Below are positions 11,745 to 25,096 of a stretch of DNA of 63,146 nucleotides, one piece after another (positions within the stretch are counted from its first letter, which is position 1; each line of letters starts with the position of its first letter). Position numbers and translations under genes: made by a program. The stretch is from Chiloscyllium plagiosum (taxonomy: Eukaryota), in the NCBI RefSeq assembly GCF_004010195.1, contig NC_057749.1, positions 11,715,880-11,779,025 of the forward strand, read 5' to 3'. The notes under the pieces were generated by a model. That model worked only from the letters and a program-made list of their open reading frames with translations, was not told the DNA's origin and made no database searches.

Positions 11745-12280
11745 TATTCTGTACAGTTCTAGACACTGCATTAGAGGAAGGATGTGGAAGCTTTCGAAAG
11801 GGTGCAAAAGAGATTTACTAGGATGTTGCCTGGTATGGAGGGAAGGTCTTATGAGGAAACGTTGAGGGACTTGAGGCTGTTTTCATTAGAGAGAAGAAGG
11901 TTGAGAGGTGACTTTATTCAGACATACAAGATAATCATATGGTTAGATAAGATGGACAGTGAGAGCCTTTTCCTCGGATGGTGATGGCTAGCATGAGGGG
12001 ACATAAATTTAAATTGAGGGGTGATAGATGTAGGTCAGATGTCAGAGATGGTTTCTTTACTATGATTAGTGGGGCCGTGGAACACACTGCCTGCAACAGT
12101 AGTAGACTCGCCAACTTTAAAGGCATTTAAATGGTCATTGGATAAACATATGGATGAAAATGGAATAATGTCGGATAGATAGGCTTGAGATTGGTTCCAC
12201 AGGTCGGCACAAAATCAAAGGCCGGAGGGCCTGTACTGTGTTGTATTGTGCTATGTTCTATATATTCTATGTTCTATATT
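11745..12280 (+). mobile_element. CR1 LINE 3' end with (TTCTA)n-like tail
   Basis: [33 protein letters not shown]; same subfamily as 30200-30915. Confidence 0.9.
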
Positions 12281-12383
12281 CTAGTCCTTTAAACTCAAAG
12301 GCCATTAGTTTTTTACACTATTTTCTGTTATCTGTCTGTAAAATGTTAATAAAGAGAGGAGCTCTTTGCATCAAGGACCTTAC

Positions 12384-12524
12384 CTCGCCCACTGAGTTAG
12401 ACAGAGCTTGAACAATTTTTTCATGAGCAGTAGCCACGACACTTTGCCCATTGATTTCAATGATACGGTGACCCACTCTAACTCCACCACGCTCTGCAAT
12501 CCCACCTCTCATCAGGCTGCAAAT
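12384..12524 (-). CDS. APBA2: APBA2 coding exon 11 (PDZ2: ICSLMRGG...SNSVGE)
   Basis: 141 nt, AG/GT boundaries, matches Mint2 PDZ2. Confidence 0.97.
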
Positions 12525-12844
12525 CTGTAAGAGCAAACAACCATCATTGCCAAATCCTGTCTCACACCTTGCTCTCTCAAACATTACAGTGCAGAGGTAG
12601 GATAATGTTTTGAGTGGAGAGTGACTGAGCAGTCCAATGTGGATACTCTCACAGCATTAGATCATACTTAATTATACTTAAACAATAGGAATAATATTTG
12701 CAGAATAGTGCAGAACAATTCTCACAAATCTCAGCTGGTGTTCTTTCATGTCAGATCCAATATGATGAAATGTTTGGTATTTTTAATGGAACTGAAAGTG
12801 GGAGTCTACAGAGCAAAGTATCATATAAGTTAGATACAATGTTC

Positions 12845-13390
12845 AGTACCCCATTACTCTTTTGAACTGAAAGTAAATCTGTCTCGACTCTTTTTAAACT
12901 GAAAGTACAGCTGACTTGACACTGTCCCCATTGAACAATCCCAGGCAGATACAGCATGGGGTTACAGCTGAAGTAAAACTTCCTCTACTCTTTTAAAACA
13001 GAACGTTAAACTCTCTCAACACTGCCAATCAAAAAAACACAGGACAGGATAGGACAATGTGGAATTTGATAGAAAGAAAAGCTGCCTCTACCTCTTTGAA
13101 ATGCAAGTAAACCTCTCTCTACTCTTTTAAAGTGTAAGTCAATGGAAAGTAAAGCTGCCTCGACACTCGCCCCATCAAACAGTCCCACGACAGGGACGGC
13201 AGGGCCTCATTTACAGAGTAAAGCTCTATTCTTTTAAACTGAAAGTAAAGCTTCCCTCACACTGTCCCCATTAAACACTTGCAGGATTGTTCATGCATGG
13301 GGTTACATAGAAAGTAAACCAGTATCTACACTGTCCCCATCAAACATTCCTAAAGTATTACATTTAGAAACAGCATAAAGCTCAGTAGCT
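12845..13390 (+). repeat. Composite minisatellite cluster 2
   Basis: Same units as 5365-5850. Confidence 0.85.
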
Positions 13391-14202
13391 GCACATTACA
13401 CACTATGCTGCAAATATTGGATAATGTTCTGCTTTTGATGGACTGTTGCACCAATATCTTTGCACTTTTAAAATGCATCTCTTAGGAATAAGTATACTTG
13501 TTACAATGGCCTGTCGGCAGCAGAAAGAGAGAGAAGGGACGCAGAGATTGCAACAGAGGTCAAAACACTGGAACATTAGGGAACAGCAGGGTGCTGTCAT
13601 GAGGACACATTCAGGTTGTTACTCTGCATTGATAAAATGAAATGTGGTATCAGCTGGCACTGTTTAGAGTACCATGCTTCCTGCAATATCTTTTACAGAT
13701 TGTTCAGTAACTCTGTAAGTTATATCAGGCAAAGAAACAAAACAGTTATCTGTTTCCAGTGGGATCTCACTTGCTGGAGCCGCTAATGGATACATTCAAT
13801 CCATACTGGCAAGTCTTAGCTTAAACTTCAAGGAACAGAGCTGCAAGGTTAACCGAACAGGTCAAAGTTAAGTAACTCGGGACCTGAAGAATAAATATCC
13901 AGTGCCAGCACCACTGGTTGGGGTATGGTTGTCAGTTATTTGTCTGTCCATGCAGCCTTTCACTGCCATCTGCTGGTCATTCCAAACAGTTATAGTGACT
14001 GTTAGTCCCTCAAAACAATGAAGAGATTTGCCCAGGCTACATGCTGTGCGTTTCCCCTTGGTTGACACAGATATCAATCATGGTCTTTGAGCAGAGAGGA
14101 CAAAGTTGTCCTAAGTGGGAGAGGCTCTTGAGCCAGGGTTTAGTTTCTCCACCAATAACAATCCATTGGAGCTGATGTTGAGAGGTATGTCAACCCTTTT
14201 TT

Positions 14203-14675
14203 ACATGATTTGGAGATGCCGGTGTTGGACTGGGATGTACAAAGTTAAAAATCACACAACACCAGGTTATTTGTACTTGCAGAATTACATTTTATTTTGC
14301 TCAAAAACTACATGAATCCTTGCAAGATTCTGTAAATCCCTTTTTTAGATTAGAATTAGTCTGAACATTGGGGAACAGACAGCCTCACACAGGGCACCTC
14401 ACATCTTCAATACACTATCTAGGCCAACATGGCACCTATTGTTAAAGTTGACTTGAGAATCTAACTTTAAGAAAGTTCTGGGATTTACATATGAAAGAAC
14501 TGAAATCAACATGCCCCATTCTAAAAGATGAGACTTAACAAACAATCCAGGTCTTTTTCAATTTATAATTTCAGTTACATCACACTGTAAACTTCTGCTA
14601 TAAATTCTGTGTCCTACGATCTTATACTCCACAACCACTTGATGAAGGAGCAGCGCTCCAAAAGCTAGTGCTTCA
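14203..14675. mobile_element. Family C non-autonomous element with inverted terminus and degenerate hammerhead
   Basis: Shares sequence with 51733-52525; TTGATGAAGGAGCAGCGCTCCAAAAGCTAG near 14639-14668. Confidence 0.65.
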
Positions 14676-15986
14676 CATGGATGATTTTGGGATAGTGTAG
14701 GGGGATGAACTGAGAATAGTTCACAGGTCAGCGCAACATCGAGGGCCGAAGGGCCTGTTCTGCGCTGTATTGTTCTATGCTCTATGTTCTACATTATGAT
14801 GCAGGTGGTTAGAGACTCCGAATGCTCACTAGTTTCAGTTTATTCAGTTTTGTGTTTGCTGGCAGAAGTCAGATGCAGACTTCGAGCAGTTACGACATAC
14901 GTCTCTGGAAGCCAGTGACAGTTCAATGAACCAAGTGAGGGGTGAAGAAGACCTTCAAGCAGTATTGGCTTCATGCAGCTTGAGAAAAATTGGAGTTTAG
15001 AGTAATTCAATGATATCTCACTGAAGCTAACTGTTGGGTTAAATGCTGAAATTGCACCCGTAATTACACACTTGAGCACAGGCGCAGGAATTCTGGCAAG
15101 CTCTGCATTAGAAGTGATTGAACTATCAAGACTTGAGCAGTGGTTAAGGCAGTCTTAGTCATAGAGGTTCTGGGGGAGTTCCATGGCTTAATCTTCAAAA
15201 TTAAAAGTCAGAATCTCTTGAAAAGGAGACAGCCTTAGTGAGATTTAGAGACCCACAATGTCACTGAAGTCTGGGTGGGATTGGTCTTGGCTGTAACACC
15301 TATTTAAAGTGTGGTCTGAGGGGAATTGTAACATCTTTGGATGTTCAGCCACAACTTGCCTGTTAACAGAATATTAATCACATGTTATTCATGAATAATA
15401 TGATTGAGTTATATATATTCTGTCCAAACATGTGCATATTAAGTAGATTGGCCATGCTAAATTGCCCATAGTGTAGGGATGTATAGTCTAGGTTGATTAG
15501 CCATGGGAAATGCAATGTTAAGGGGAATAACTTCAGGGGGTGGGTCTGTGTGGGATGCTCTTCCGAGGGTCGATGTGGTCTCTTCTACACTGTAGGGACT
15601 TTATGATTCTCTGATTTAGAATCATTATCTTACTTGTTCAATACACTGATCAATTATACTTGAACAAAGGAAAAATAAGCAGTAGAGATTTTTGTTTTGA
15701 CATTTCAGTTCAACCCAGAATCTTGCCATTTATTTTCTTTCCCTTGATTCTTCTACACAATCTACTTAAACGATTATGCTATAACATGAGATTATAACAA
15801 AGATCTGGTTTGTCCAGTATTTCCAAAAATGGAATCGCAACTATTTGGCGGGCTAGTTTGGGACCATAACACTAAATGAAAGAAGAGCTTGTTAGTTAAG
15901 TCTGTAGGAGTTGTGAGAGAACATAAAAACTGATTGTGCCCAGTCATTGCCACTGAGGAGAAAGTCAGTGGTCATGTGCTACTCCG

Positions 15987-16330
15987 GGGCGGCATGGTGG
16001 CTCAGTGGCTCAATCGTTAGAACTGCTGCCTCACAGCGCTAGGGTCCCGGGTTCAATTCCAGCCTCAGGCGACTGTCTGTGTAGAGTTTGCACATTCTAC
16101 CCGAGTCTATGTGGGTTTCCTCCGGGTGCTCCGTTTTTCCTCCCAGAGTCGAAAGATGTGCATGTTAGGTGAATTGGCCATTCTAAATTGGCCAAAGCGT
16201 TCAGGGATGCATAGGTTAGGTTAGGTGCATTAGTCAGGGGTAATGTAGAAGAATGGTCTGGGTGAGTTACTCTTCGGAGGGTCAGTGTGGAGTTGAGCCA
16301 AATGGCCTGTTTCCACACTTTGGGAATCTA
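15987..16330 (+). mobile_element. HE1-like V-SINE, full length
   Basis: GGGCGGCATGGTGGCTCAGTGG (A box), GGTTCAATTCC (B box), V-domain. Confidence 0.9.
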
Positions 16331-16334
16331 TTCC

Positions 16335-17460
16335 AGAGATGAGGTGAGAGTGACAGCCCTTGACATTAACCAAATGTGATACCACAGAGCCTTCTCAAAA
16401 CTGGAATCAATGGGTATCAAAGGGAAATCTTTCCAGTGGTTAGAGTCATAAAAAGATGATTGTGGTTGCTGAAGGTCACTCATCTCAGCTCCAGGACTGC
16501 AGGAGTTCATCAGGGTAGTGTCCTCGGCCCAATCATCTTCAACTGTTTCATCATTGACCCTTCCTCCATCATAAGGTCATAAGGAGATGTTCGCCAATGA
16601 TTGCACAATGTTAAGCACTGTTCACGACTCCTCAGACAATGAAGCAGTCAGTGTCCAAATGCAACAAGATCTGGTCAATATCCAAGCTTGGGCTGACAAA
16701 TGGCAAATAACATTCACGCCACACAAATGTCAGGCTATGACTATCACCAACACGAGGCAATCTAACCACCACCCTTTAACATTCAATAGTGTTAGCATCA
16801 CTGAATCTTCCACTATCAACATCCTGGGAGTTATCATTGATCAGAAACTCAACTGGACTAACCACATAAATGCAGTGGTACAAGAGCAAGTCAGATGCTA
16901 GGAACACTGCAGCAAATAACTCACGTCCTGACTCCCCAAAACTTGTCTACCATCTACAAGGCACAAGTCAGGAGTGTGATGGAATAGTCCCCACTTGCCT
17001 GGATGAGTGCACTTCTAACAACACTCAAGAAGCTTGACACCATTCAGGATAAAGCAGCCCACTTGACTGACACTGCATTCACATGCATCCAGTCCCACCA
17101 CTAACGACACTCAGTAGCAGCAGTATGTGTACTATCTACAAGATGCGCTGCAGAAATTCACCAAAAATCCTCAGACAGCACCTTCCAAATCCATGACCAC
17201 TTCCATCTAGAAGGACAAGGGCAGCAGATATATGGGAACACCACTACCTTCAAGTTCCCCTTCAAGCCACTCACCATTCTGACTTCACTGTCACTGGGTC
17301 AAAATCCTGAAATTCCCTCCCTAATGGCATTGAGTCAACCCACAGCAGGTGGACTGTAGTGGTTCAAGAAGGCAGCTCACCACCACATTCTCAAGGGCAG
17401 CTAGGGATGGACAATAAATTCTGGCCAGTAACAACCCCCACATCACACAAAATGAATATT
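16335..17460 (+). mobile_element. CR1-clade LINE, second family, 3' part
   Basis: MFANDCTM (FADD motif)..QQDLVNIQAWADKWQITF..ILGVIIDQKLNW; copies at 41405-42520 and 42890-43520. Confidence 0.8.
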
Positions 17461-18429
17461 TTTAAAAATTCATTAATGACAATCGGAAGTATATCTGATG
17501 CCGAAGCCAATTCCAAGCATGTTACAATCCTCTTCTGGTTTTCTATTCCCAGAAGAAAGTGTATTCTCCATTCTCTCTAAGCTGACTTCGAGCAGGAAGT
17601 CAGTGTTCACTGAGAGCAACATCAATATTCTGCAAGCTCTTGAGAAACTGTGGCAGTCCTACATTCCAAGCTTCCATTGTTTTGATTGTCCACAAGGCTG
17701 CAGGTGCTCAAAGTGGAGAAATTCAAGTTTTTTTTGGGCCATGCATACTTTAAACATAAGGGTAAGAATGCCAACAGAATAGGGAATAGTTTTTGTTTGT
17801 GGCACCTTTTCTCACGGGGACCCTGAAAAGGATGGCTCCATGGTGAATGTTACTGTCAGGGAAATATTCTATCCATGACACAACCATCTGTTGCTTCTAG
17901 GGTTTTGCTTATTCCTAGTACGTGTCACCTTTTAATATGGGAAAGTTGGTGGGCATTCAACAATCTTGAAGGGTTGTAAATCTTTACCAATCACACGGTA
18001 ACGTGTGATTAATCAATCTCAATCACCTCCTGCCTGCATCCACCTATCGCCAACCCATCTACCTTTCCCCAGCCCCACACCCCCCATTTATTTCTCAGCC
18101 TCCTTCCCCTTCCCCAGTCCTGATGAAAACGTCAATTCTCCTGCTCCTCTGATGCTGCTTCACCTGCTGTGCTTTATCCACTTCTATACTTTATCAACTC
18201 TGACTTCACAGCATGAGCAGTCTTCACTATCTCCAAGCTCCTGAGCTAGGTGGATCTAAAGAGGTAGATCTCAGTGAAAGCCCATGCTTCAATTCCTTCA
18301 CAACAGAACATGTGGATAAATGAGAAATGACTACATATCAAAGGAGTATAAAATCTGCAGTGGGATTAACATTCACCAGTTGATATGAGGGAGTATTGCA
18401 CCATTACAGGGTCAGTGCTGAGGGAGTGG

Positions 18430-19150
18430 ATGAGTATGCGGATGACACCAAGATTGGTGGTATAGTGGACAATGAAGAAAGTTATCTAAGATTATCTAAG
18501 GTGACAAAGAGATCTTCATCAATTGGCTCAATGGGTTGAATAGTAGCAGACGGATTTTAATTTGGATAAATGTGAGGTATTGCATTTTGGTAAAACAAAA
18601 GTAAGAATTATACAATTAAAAGTGAGGTATTGCATTTTGGTAAAACAAAAAGTAAGTCTTATACAATTAAAAGTAGGGCCTTGGGTAGTATTGTAAAACA
18701 GAGAGACCAAGGGGTTCAGGTACATAATTCTTTGAAGTTTGCATCACATATAGATCGGGTGGTTAAGAATGATTGCTCAGACCTTTGAATACAGGGGTAA
18801 GGATGTTATATTGAGGTTGTACAGGACATTGATGTGGTCTCTTCTGCAGTATTGTGTCCTGTTAGGGTCTTAATAATAGGAGGGGTATTATTAAGCTGAA
18901 GAGGGGAAACGGAGAGTTGAGTTATAAGGAGAGGCTGGGTAGGCTAGGACATTTTTCACTGGTGCATGGAAGGTTGAGAGGTGATCTTATAGAGGCTTTT
19001 AAAATCATGAGGGGTACAGGTAAGGTGAATGGCATGTGTCTTTTCCCTAGGTGGGTAATTTCAAAACTAGAGGGCATATTCTTAAGGGGAGAGGAATTTT
19101 AAAAAGACATGAGCAATTTTTTTTTACCCAGAGAGTGGTTTGTGTGTGGA
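18430..19150 (+). mobile_element. CR1 RT 3' fragment with ~50-bp internal tandem duplication (18572-18673)
   Basis: YADDTKIGG-like codons; LFSL..RLRGDLIE. Confidence 0.8.
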
Positions 19151-20898
19151 ATGAATTTAGAACATAGAACATACAACACAGGAACAGGCCCTTCGGCCCA
19201 TGATGTTCTGCCGAATATGAAACTAATTAAACTAATCCTTTCTGCCTCCCCATGGTCCATATGCCTCCATTTGCATATTCATATGCTTACCTAAAACTCT
19301 CTTAAACACCTCTATTGTATCTGCCTTCACCAGCCCTGGCACCGTCCCTGTTCCAGACTCCTCACACTTTCTGTGTAAAACATTTGCCCCTCACTTCTCC
19401 TTTGAACTTTTGCCCTCTCACTTTAAATGCATGCCCTCTAGTATTAGCCATTTCAATGCTGGGAAAAAGATCCTGATTGTCAACCCTATCGACACATCAC
19501 ATAATTTTACAGACTTCAGTCAAGTCTCCCCTCAGCATCTGCTGCTCCAGAGAAAATAATCCAAGTTTTCCTAGCCTCTCCTTATAGCTCTTACCCTCTA
19601 ATCCAGGCAGATCCTGGTAAACCTCTTCTGCACCCTCTCCAAAGCCTCCACAACCTTCCTGTAAGTTGGCAACCAGAATTGAATGCAATACTCTTAAGTG
19701 TGGCCTTACCAAAGTCTTATAAAACTGCAATATGACATCCTGACTCTCATACTTAATTCCCCGAGCAAGCAAGGCAAGCATAACAGATACCTTCTTTACC
19801 ACGGTATCGACTTGTGTGGCCATTTTCATGGAACTATGTACTTGAACCCCAAGATCCCTCTGTACACGCTGTTCATGGTCCTACCATTAATGTATACTTT
19901 TCCTTAACATTTGATCTCCTAAAGTGCAGCACCTCACACTTACCCAAATGAAACTCCATCTGCCATTTGTCTGCCCATATCTGCAACTGATCCATAGTCC
20001 ATTGTATCCTTTGACAGCCTTTTACACTATTGTCTTCGCTGATTGCCTGCAAACTTACAAACCCATCCATGTACATTTTCATCCAAGTTATTTATATATA
20101 TCACAAACAGCAGAGGTCCCAGTACAGATCCCTACACAATTCTACTAGACACGGACCTCCAGCCAGAAAAATACCCTTCCACAACTACCCTGTCTTCTAT
20201 GGGCCAGCCAATTCTGAATCCAAGCAGCCAAGTCATTGTGGATCCCATACATCTTAATCTTCTGAGTGAGCCTATCATAAGGGACCTTGTTGAAAGACAT
20301 ACTAAAATCCATATAGACAACATCCACTGCTCTACCCTCATCGATCACCTTCATCACCTCATCAAAAAATTCAAAAAAGTTAGTAAGATATGACTTGCCC
20401 CGCACAAAGCCATGCTGACTATCCCTAATTAGGCTTTTCCAAATGCGCAAACATCCTATCCCAAAGAATTCTCTCCAACAACTTCCCAACCACCAATGTA
20501 AGATTAACTGGTCTAGTTTCCTGCATTATCCCTATTTCCCTTCCCGAACAGAGGAACATTAGCTAGTCGCCAGTCCTCTGGGATCTCTCCAGTGGCAAGG
20601 AAATAAAAATCTTGGTCAAGACCCCAACAATCTCCTTTTTTGCCTCTCTCAATAAGCTGGGGTAAATACTATCAGATCCTGGGGACTTATCCACCTTAAT
20701 GCCCTTCAAGAGACCCAACACCACTTCTTTCTTGATCTCAAAATACCCTAGCATATTGCATGCTCCATAATAATCTCACTATCCTCCATATCCTTCTTCT
20801 GGGTGAATACCGACACAAAGTACTCATTTCAGATCTTGCCCAGAGCCTCTGCCCTCAAGTGCAATTCCCCTCCTTTATCCTTGAGTGGTCCTATCTTC

Positions 20899-22141
20899 CA
20901 AACCAAAGGAGTAGCCATGGGCACCCGCATGGGCCCCAGCTATGCCTGCCTCTTCGTAGGATATGTGGAACAGTCCATCTTCCGCAGCTACACTGGCACC
21001 ACCCCCCACCTTTTCCTCCGCAACATCAATGACTGTATTGGCGCTGCCTCGTGCTCCCACGAGGAGGTTGAACAGTTCATCCACTTTACTAACACCTTCC
21101 ACCCCGACCTCAAATTTACCTGGACCGTCTTAGACTCCTCCCTCCCCTTCCTAGACCTCTCCATTTCTATCTCGGGCGACCGAATCAACACGGACATTTA
21201 CTATAAACCGACCAACTCCCACAGCTACTTAGACTACCTCCTCCCACCCTGCCCCCTGTAAAAACGCCATCCCATATTCCCAATTCCTTCGTCTCCGCCG
21301 CATTTGCTCCCAAGAGGACCAGTTCCAATACCGAACAACCCAGATGGTCTATTTCTTCAAAGACTGCAATTTCCCCCAGACATGGTCGATGATGCTCTCT
21401 ACCGCATCTCCTCCACTTCCCGCTCCTCCACCCTAGAGCCCCGCCTCTCCAATCGCCACCAGGACAGAACCCCACTAGCCTCACCTACCACCCCACCAAC
21501 CTCCATATACATCGTATCATCTGTCATCATTTCCGCCACCTCCAAACGGATCCCACCACCAGGGATATATTTCCCTCCCCTCCCCTNNNNNNNNNNNNNN
21601 NNNNNNNNNNNNNNNNNNNCAGAGAACACCTCTGGGACACCCAGACCAACCAACCCAACCACTCCGTGGCTCAACACTTCAACTCCCCCTCCCACTCCAC
21701 CAAGGACATGCAGGTCCTTGGACTCCTCCATCGCCAGACCATAGCAACATGACAGCTGGAGGAAGAGCGCCTCATCTTCCGCCTAGGAACCCTCCAACCA
21801 CAAGGGATGAATGCAGATTTCTCCAGCTTTCTCATTTCCCCTCCCCCTATCTTGTCTCAGTCCCAACCCTCGAACTCAGCACCACCTTCCTAACCTGCAA
21901 TCTTCTTCCTGACCTATCCGCCCCCACCCCCAATCCGGCCTACCACCCTCACCTTAACCTCCTTCCACCTATCGCATTTCCAACGCCCCTCCCCTAAGTC
22001 CCTCCTCCCTACCTTTTATCGTAGCTTGCTTGGCACACTTTCCTCATTCCTGAAGAAGTGCTCATGCCCGAAACGTCGATTCTCCTGCTCCTTTGATGCT
22101 GCCTGACCTGCTGCACTTTTCCAGCAACACATTTTCAGCTC
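20899..22141 (+). mobile_element. Penelope-like element (Neptune-type), 5'-truncated, 13-bp TSD, contains assembly gap
   Basis: QTKGVAMGTRMGPSYACLF..LPFLDLSI..DIYYKPT PLE RT; perfect TSD TGGTCCTATCTTC (20886-20898 / 22142-22154); hammerhead motif 22050-22077. Confidence 0.88.
21587..21619. other. Assembly gap (33 N)
   Basis: Run of n. Confidence 1.
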
Positions 22142-22644
22142 TGGTCCTATCTTCTCCCTAGTTATCCTCTGGTTTTTAATGTATGCATAGAATGCTTTTG
22201 GATTCTCTTTAACTCTATTTGCCAAGGTTATTTCATGGCCTGTTCTTGTTTATCTAATTCCCTGTATGAGTTCTTTCCTGCTTTCTTTATATTCCTCATG
22301 AACCCAGTCCAATTTTAGCTTCCTAAACCTTATATAAGCTTATTTTTCTCTTCTGACTAAATTCACAACCGTCCTCGCTATTCAAAGGTCCCTTATCTTG
22401 ACATCCTTGTCCTTCCTCCTTACTGGAACATGCCGGTCCTGAACTCTTATCCTTAAAGAACTCCCACGCACCAAATGAGGACTTGCTCGAGGAAGTGGTG
22501 ACAGTTACAATGTTTAAAAGACATTTAATTAAGTACACGGATAAGAAATTTGGAGGGTCAGAGCCAAGCACTGGCAGGTGGAAACAGATTAGCTGGGATT
22601 GGCTGGACAAAAGGATCTGTTTCCATGTTGTATGACTCTATGAG

Positions 22645-22850
22645 TGCTACACTGTCAGAAGGTCAGTGCTGAAGAATTGCCACACTATCAGAGGGTAAGT
22701 GCTGACGGAGCACTGAGGGAGTGATACAGTCAAAGGGTCAATGCTAAGGCAATGCTGCACTCCTGGAGGGTCAGTGTGAGGGAGTGCTGAGGGGGTGATG
22801 CACTGTCAGAGGGTTAGTGCTGAGGGAGCACTGCAATGTCAGAGGGGAGA
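22645..22850 (+). repeat. ~33-bp minisatellite (CAGTGCTGAGGGAGTGCTGCACTGTCAGAGGGT)
   Basis: About six degenerate tandem units. Confidence 0.8.
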
Positions 22851-22927
22851 TATTGTTCTAAGAAAGATCAGTAATGGGACGTCTAGTTTTTTGTCATGCT
22901 ATTCACGGCCCTGCCCAGTGTACTCAC

Positions 22928-23047
22928 AATGCCATTCTGTACACTGAAACCAAGCTGGTACTTGAGGTCAGGACGTTTGATGAGCACGGTGGTGACAGGA
23001 GGACAGCTCACAATGTTCAGCTTAACCTGAACCTGATTCTTCAAACC
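22928..23047 (-). CDS. APBA2: APBA2 coding exon 10 ([13 protein letters not shown]...FSVQNGI)
   Basis: 120 nt, cag/gtgagt, PDZ1-PDZ2 junction. Confidence 0.97.
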
Positions 23048-23627
23048 CTGAAAAACAAGGCATGCTGTGAATTAACCAGGTGTGCAGAAACTGACTCATT
23101 GACCTCAGAGATTCTCATAATTATCAGTGAACAAAGACTAGAAAACCCTACCAAGTTCAGTTGTCTCTGGGCCGAGGAATTTGAAACTCCAGATCGCTTT
23201 GGATGTAACAGCAGGAGTCTGTGTTCATGGGCACAGCAGTGAGGGCTTGACTGTATACACATGCAAGAGCGTGGGTGAGTGTATGTATATTTGAGAGTTT
23301 GTGGGTTGTGTCCAGGTGTGAATGTGTACAGATGTGAGGGTCTGTATGAAGGTTTGTTTACGGGGGTGGGAGCGGCTGTACATAGATAGCAGGGTGTGGG
23401 GGGAATGTGCATATACAGGTGAAGGGGAAGGTGTGTACTGATTGGAGGATATATGTGTATATGCATGCAGGTGAGATGGTGTGTGTAGACAGATGGGAAA
23501 ATGTGTGTGGACAGGCAGAAAGGTGGATGTACAGACAGGAGGATGCATACTTGCTCATGAGATTGTGTACTTGTGTGGGTGTGAACCTGTGCGGATGTGA
23601 GTGTATAGGTATAGTACTGGGCAGTAC

Positions 23628-23840
23628 CTTAATGATTCCTTGGCAGGTAGTGAGTGGGAGACCGACAAGGCTCGTGTCATTTATGGACATTATCTGGTCT
23701 CCAATACTGAGCTTTCCTGAACGAGCTGCTGCTCCTCCATTCATCATGTTTGCCAGGATGACAGTTGGCAGGATCGAACCCCATCCTGACTCCACAATCA
23801 CTACACCAAAAATCTCTCCTTTCAACTTCTCAACGTGTAG
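23628..23840 (-). CDS. APBA2: APBA2 coding exon 9 (PDZ1: [13 protein letters not shown]...CQGIIK)
   Basis: 213 nt, AG/GT, Mint PDZ1 sequence. Confidence 0.97.
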
Positions 23841-24189
23841 CTGTGTAAAACAGTGAAGCAAAGAACAAACACTAAGATTAGTCACAGAAAATCCTGCCAT
23901 TATTCCCAACCTAATCATGGGGAGCTCAGTGCGTATCTAGCATGTGTTGGAAATACAGTGGGTAAGAATCAGAAGAATACAAAAGGGAGATGGAGAAAGA
24001 GGGGGCGCAGAAAGAGAGAGAGAAGAAAGTGGGGGGAGAGAAACGTGGGGAGGAAAATGGCGGGGGGGGGGCTGAAGAAACAAGGGAGAGGGGTGTGTAC
24101 CTTGCAGTTTGGGGGGTTGGGGGTGTTCTTTGGTGTGGGAAGGGGATGTGGAGGGGGCAAACTGCTAGCAGTGGCTGCAAGTAACTGAC

Positions 24190-24369
24190 CTCTTTGCAAT
24201 TAGCAGAGTTGGAGAAATGGACAAGGTCGTCGTTGTACATTTCCTGAGTGTTGATGATGTCACTGTACTCCTTCTGACTCAAGTCTTCAGGGTTAATCCC
24301 ATTGGCTCGCAGAAACTCCTGGTAGGCAACACTAAACGCCTGTCCAATGGACTGAGCTATCAGCTGAGC
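24190..24369 (-). CDS. APBA2: APBA2 coding exon 8 ([12 protein letters not shown]...NSANCKE)
   Basis: 180 nt, AG/GT, PTB C-terminal helix. Confidence 0.97.
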
Positions 24370-24744
24370 CTGCACACAAACAAGGTACATTTGTGAAGAG
24401 AATATCCAGAAAATAATGACACTGCTCGTCTGACATGACACTAAGAGCAGAAGGTTCCAGAATGAATAAATATTCAATGCTGAAGAGCAGCATGAAACAC
24501 CTAAATGGAACAGACCCACTGTAAGGTACAGGTTGGTTACCTGGGAGCATGGACACCAACCAGCTCTGCAGATCCTCATCAGAGCCTAGGTAGAATGGCT
24601 TCAGCCCATTGGATGGATGGATAAATGGGGAGCACCTAGCATCTGAGCTGAAACTGTGCAGTACACTCACTGCCCGAGGAGCCATAACCAAAAAAAGTAG
24701 CAACTCATTACCAGCATTACAAGAAAAGTATTTCTTATACTCAC

Positions 24745-24930
24745 ATCCTCAGACTCGAAGACATGACAGACCATTTTGTACTGTTTCTTGACCTCCTGGC
24801 TCCCAGGTGTGCTTTCAATACAATCCTGGGAAGCCGTACGTGGCACTCGCCGTCGAGCCATCAGGACGACAATGTTGCCAATATCTGCAATGTAGGAAAT
24901 TGTGCGCAGTGCATGATCCATCATTGGTTC
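24745..24930 (-). CDS. APBA2: APBA2 coding exon 7 ([18 protein letters not shown]...HVFESED)
   Basis: 186 nt, cag/gtgagt, PTB domain. Confidence 0.97.
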
Positions 24931-25096
24931 CTGGAACAGATGATACATCAGGGTTAGAAGCTGCACAGAGCTTCCACAACCATTAATCAACAAGTGAAGA
25001 AACATTAGCATCTTCTACCAACGAATCAGTGATCAGTCCAAAAACATATACTCATCCCTTTCATTGTCAGTTGTCAAAATAAAGCAAGTGTGAACA

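Larger units (their letters stand above)
19160..22490 (-). mobile_element. CR1 LINE ORF2, degenerate, interrupted by PLE 20899-22141
   Basis: RVKENPKAFYAYIK, DKSPGSDSIYP, DSQHGFVRGKS, VDVVYMDFS, YKTLVRPHL. Confidence 0.88.

Noticed and set aside
15987..16070. tRNA gene
   Set aside because: tRNA-derived head of an HE1 SINE, followed by the V-domain; the same applies to 8010, 40879, 45322 and 52315
23041..24199. Overlapping His/Pro/Thr-rich and Gly/Arg-rich ORFs
   Set aside because: Produced by TG-rich and purine-rich low-complexity intron sequence and exon shadows
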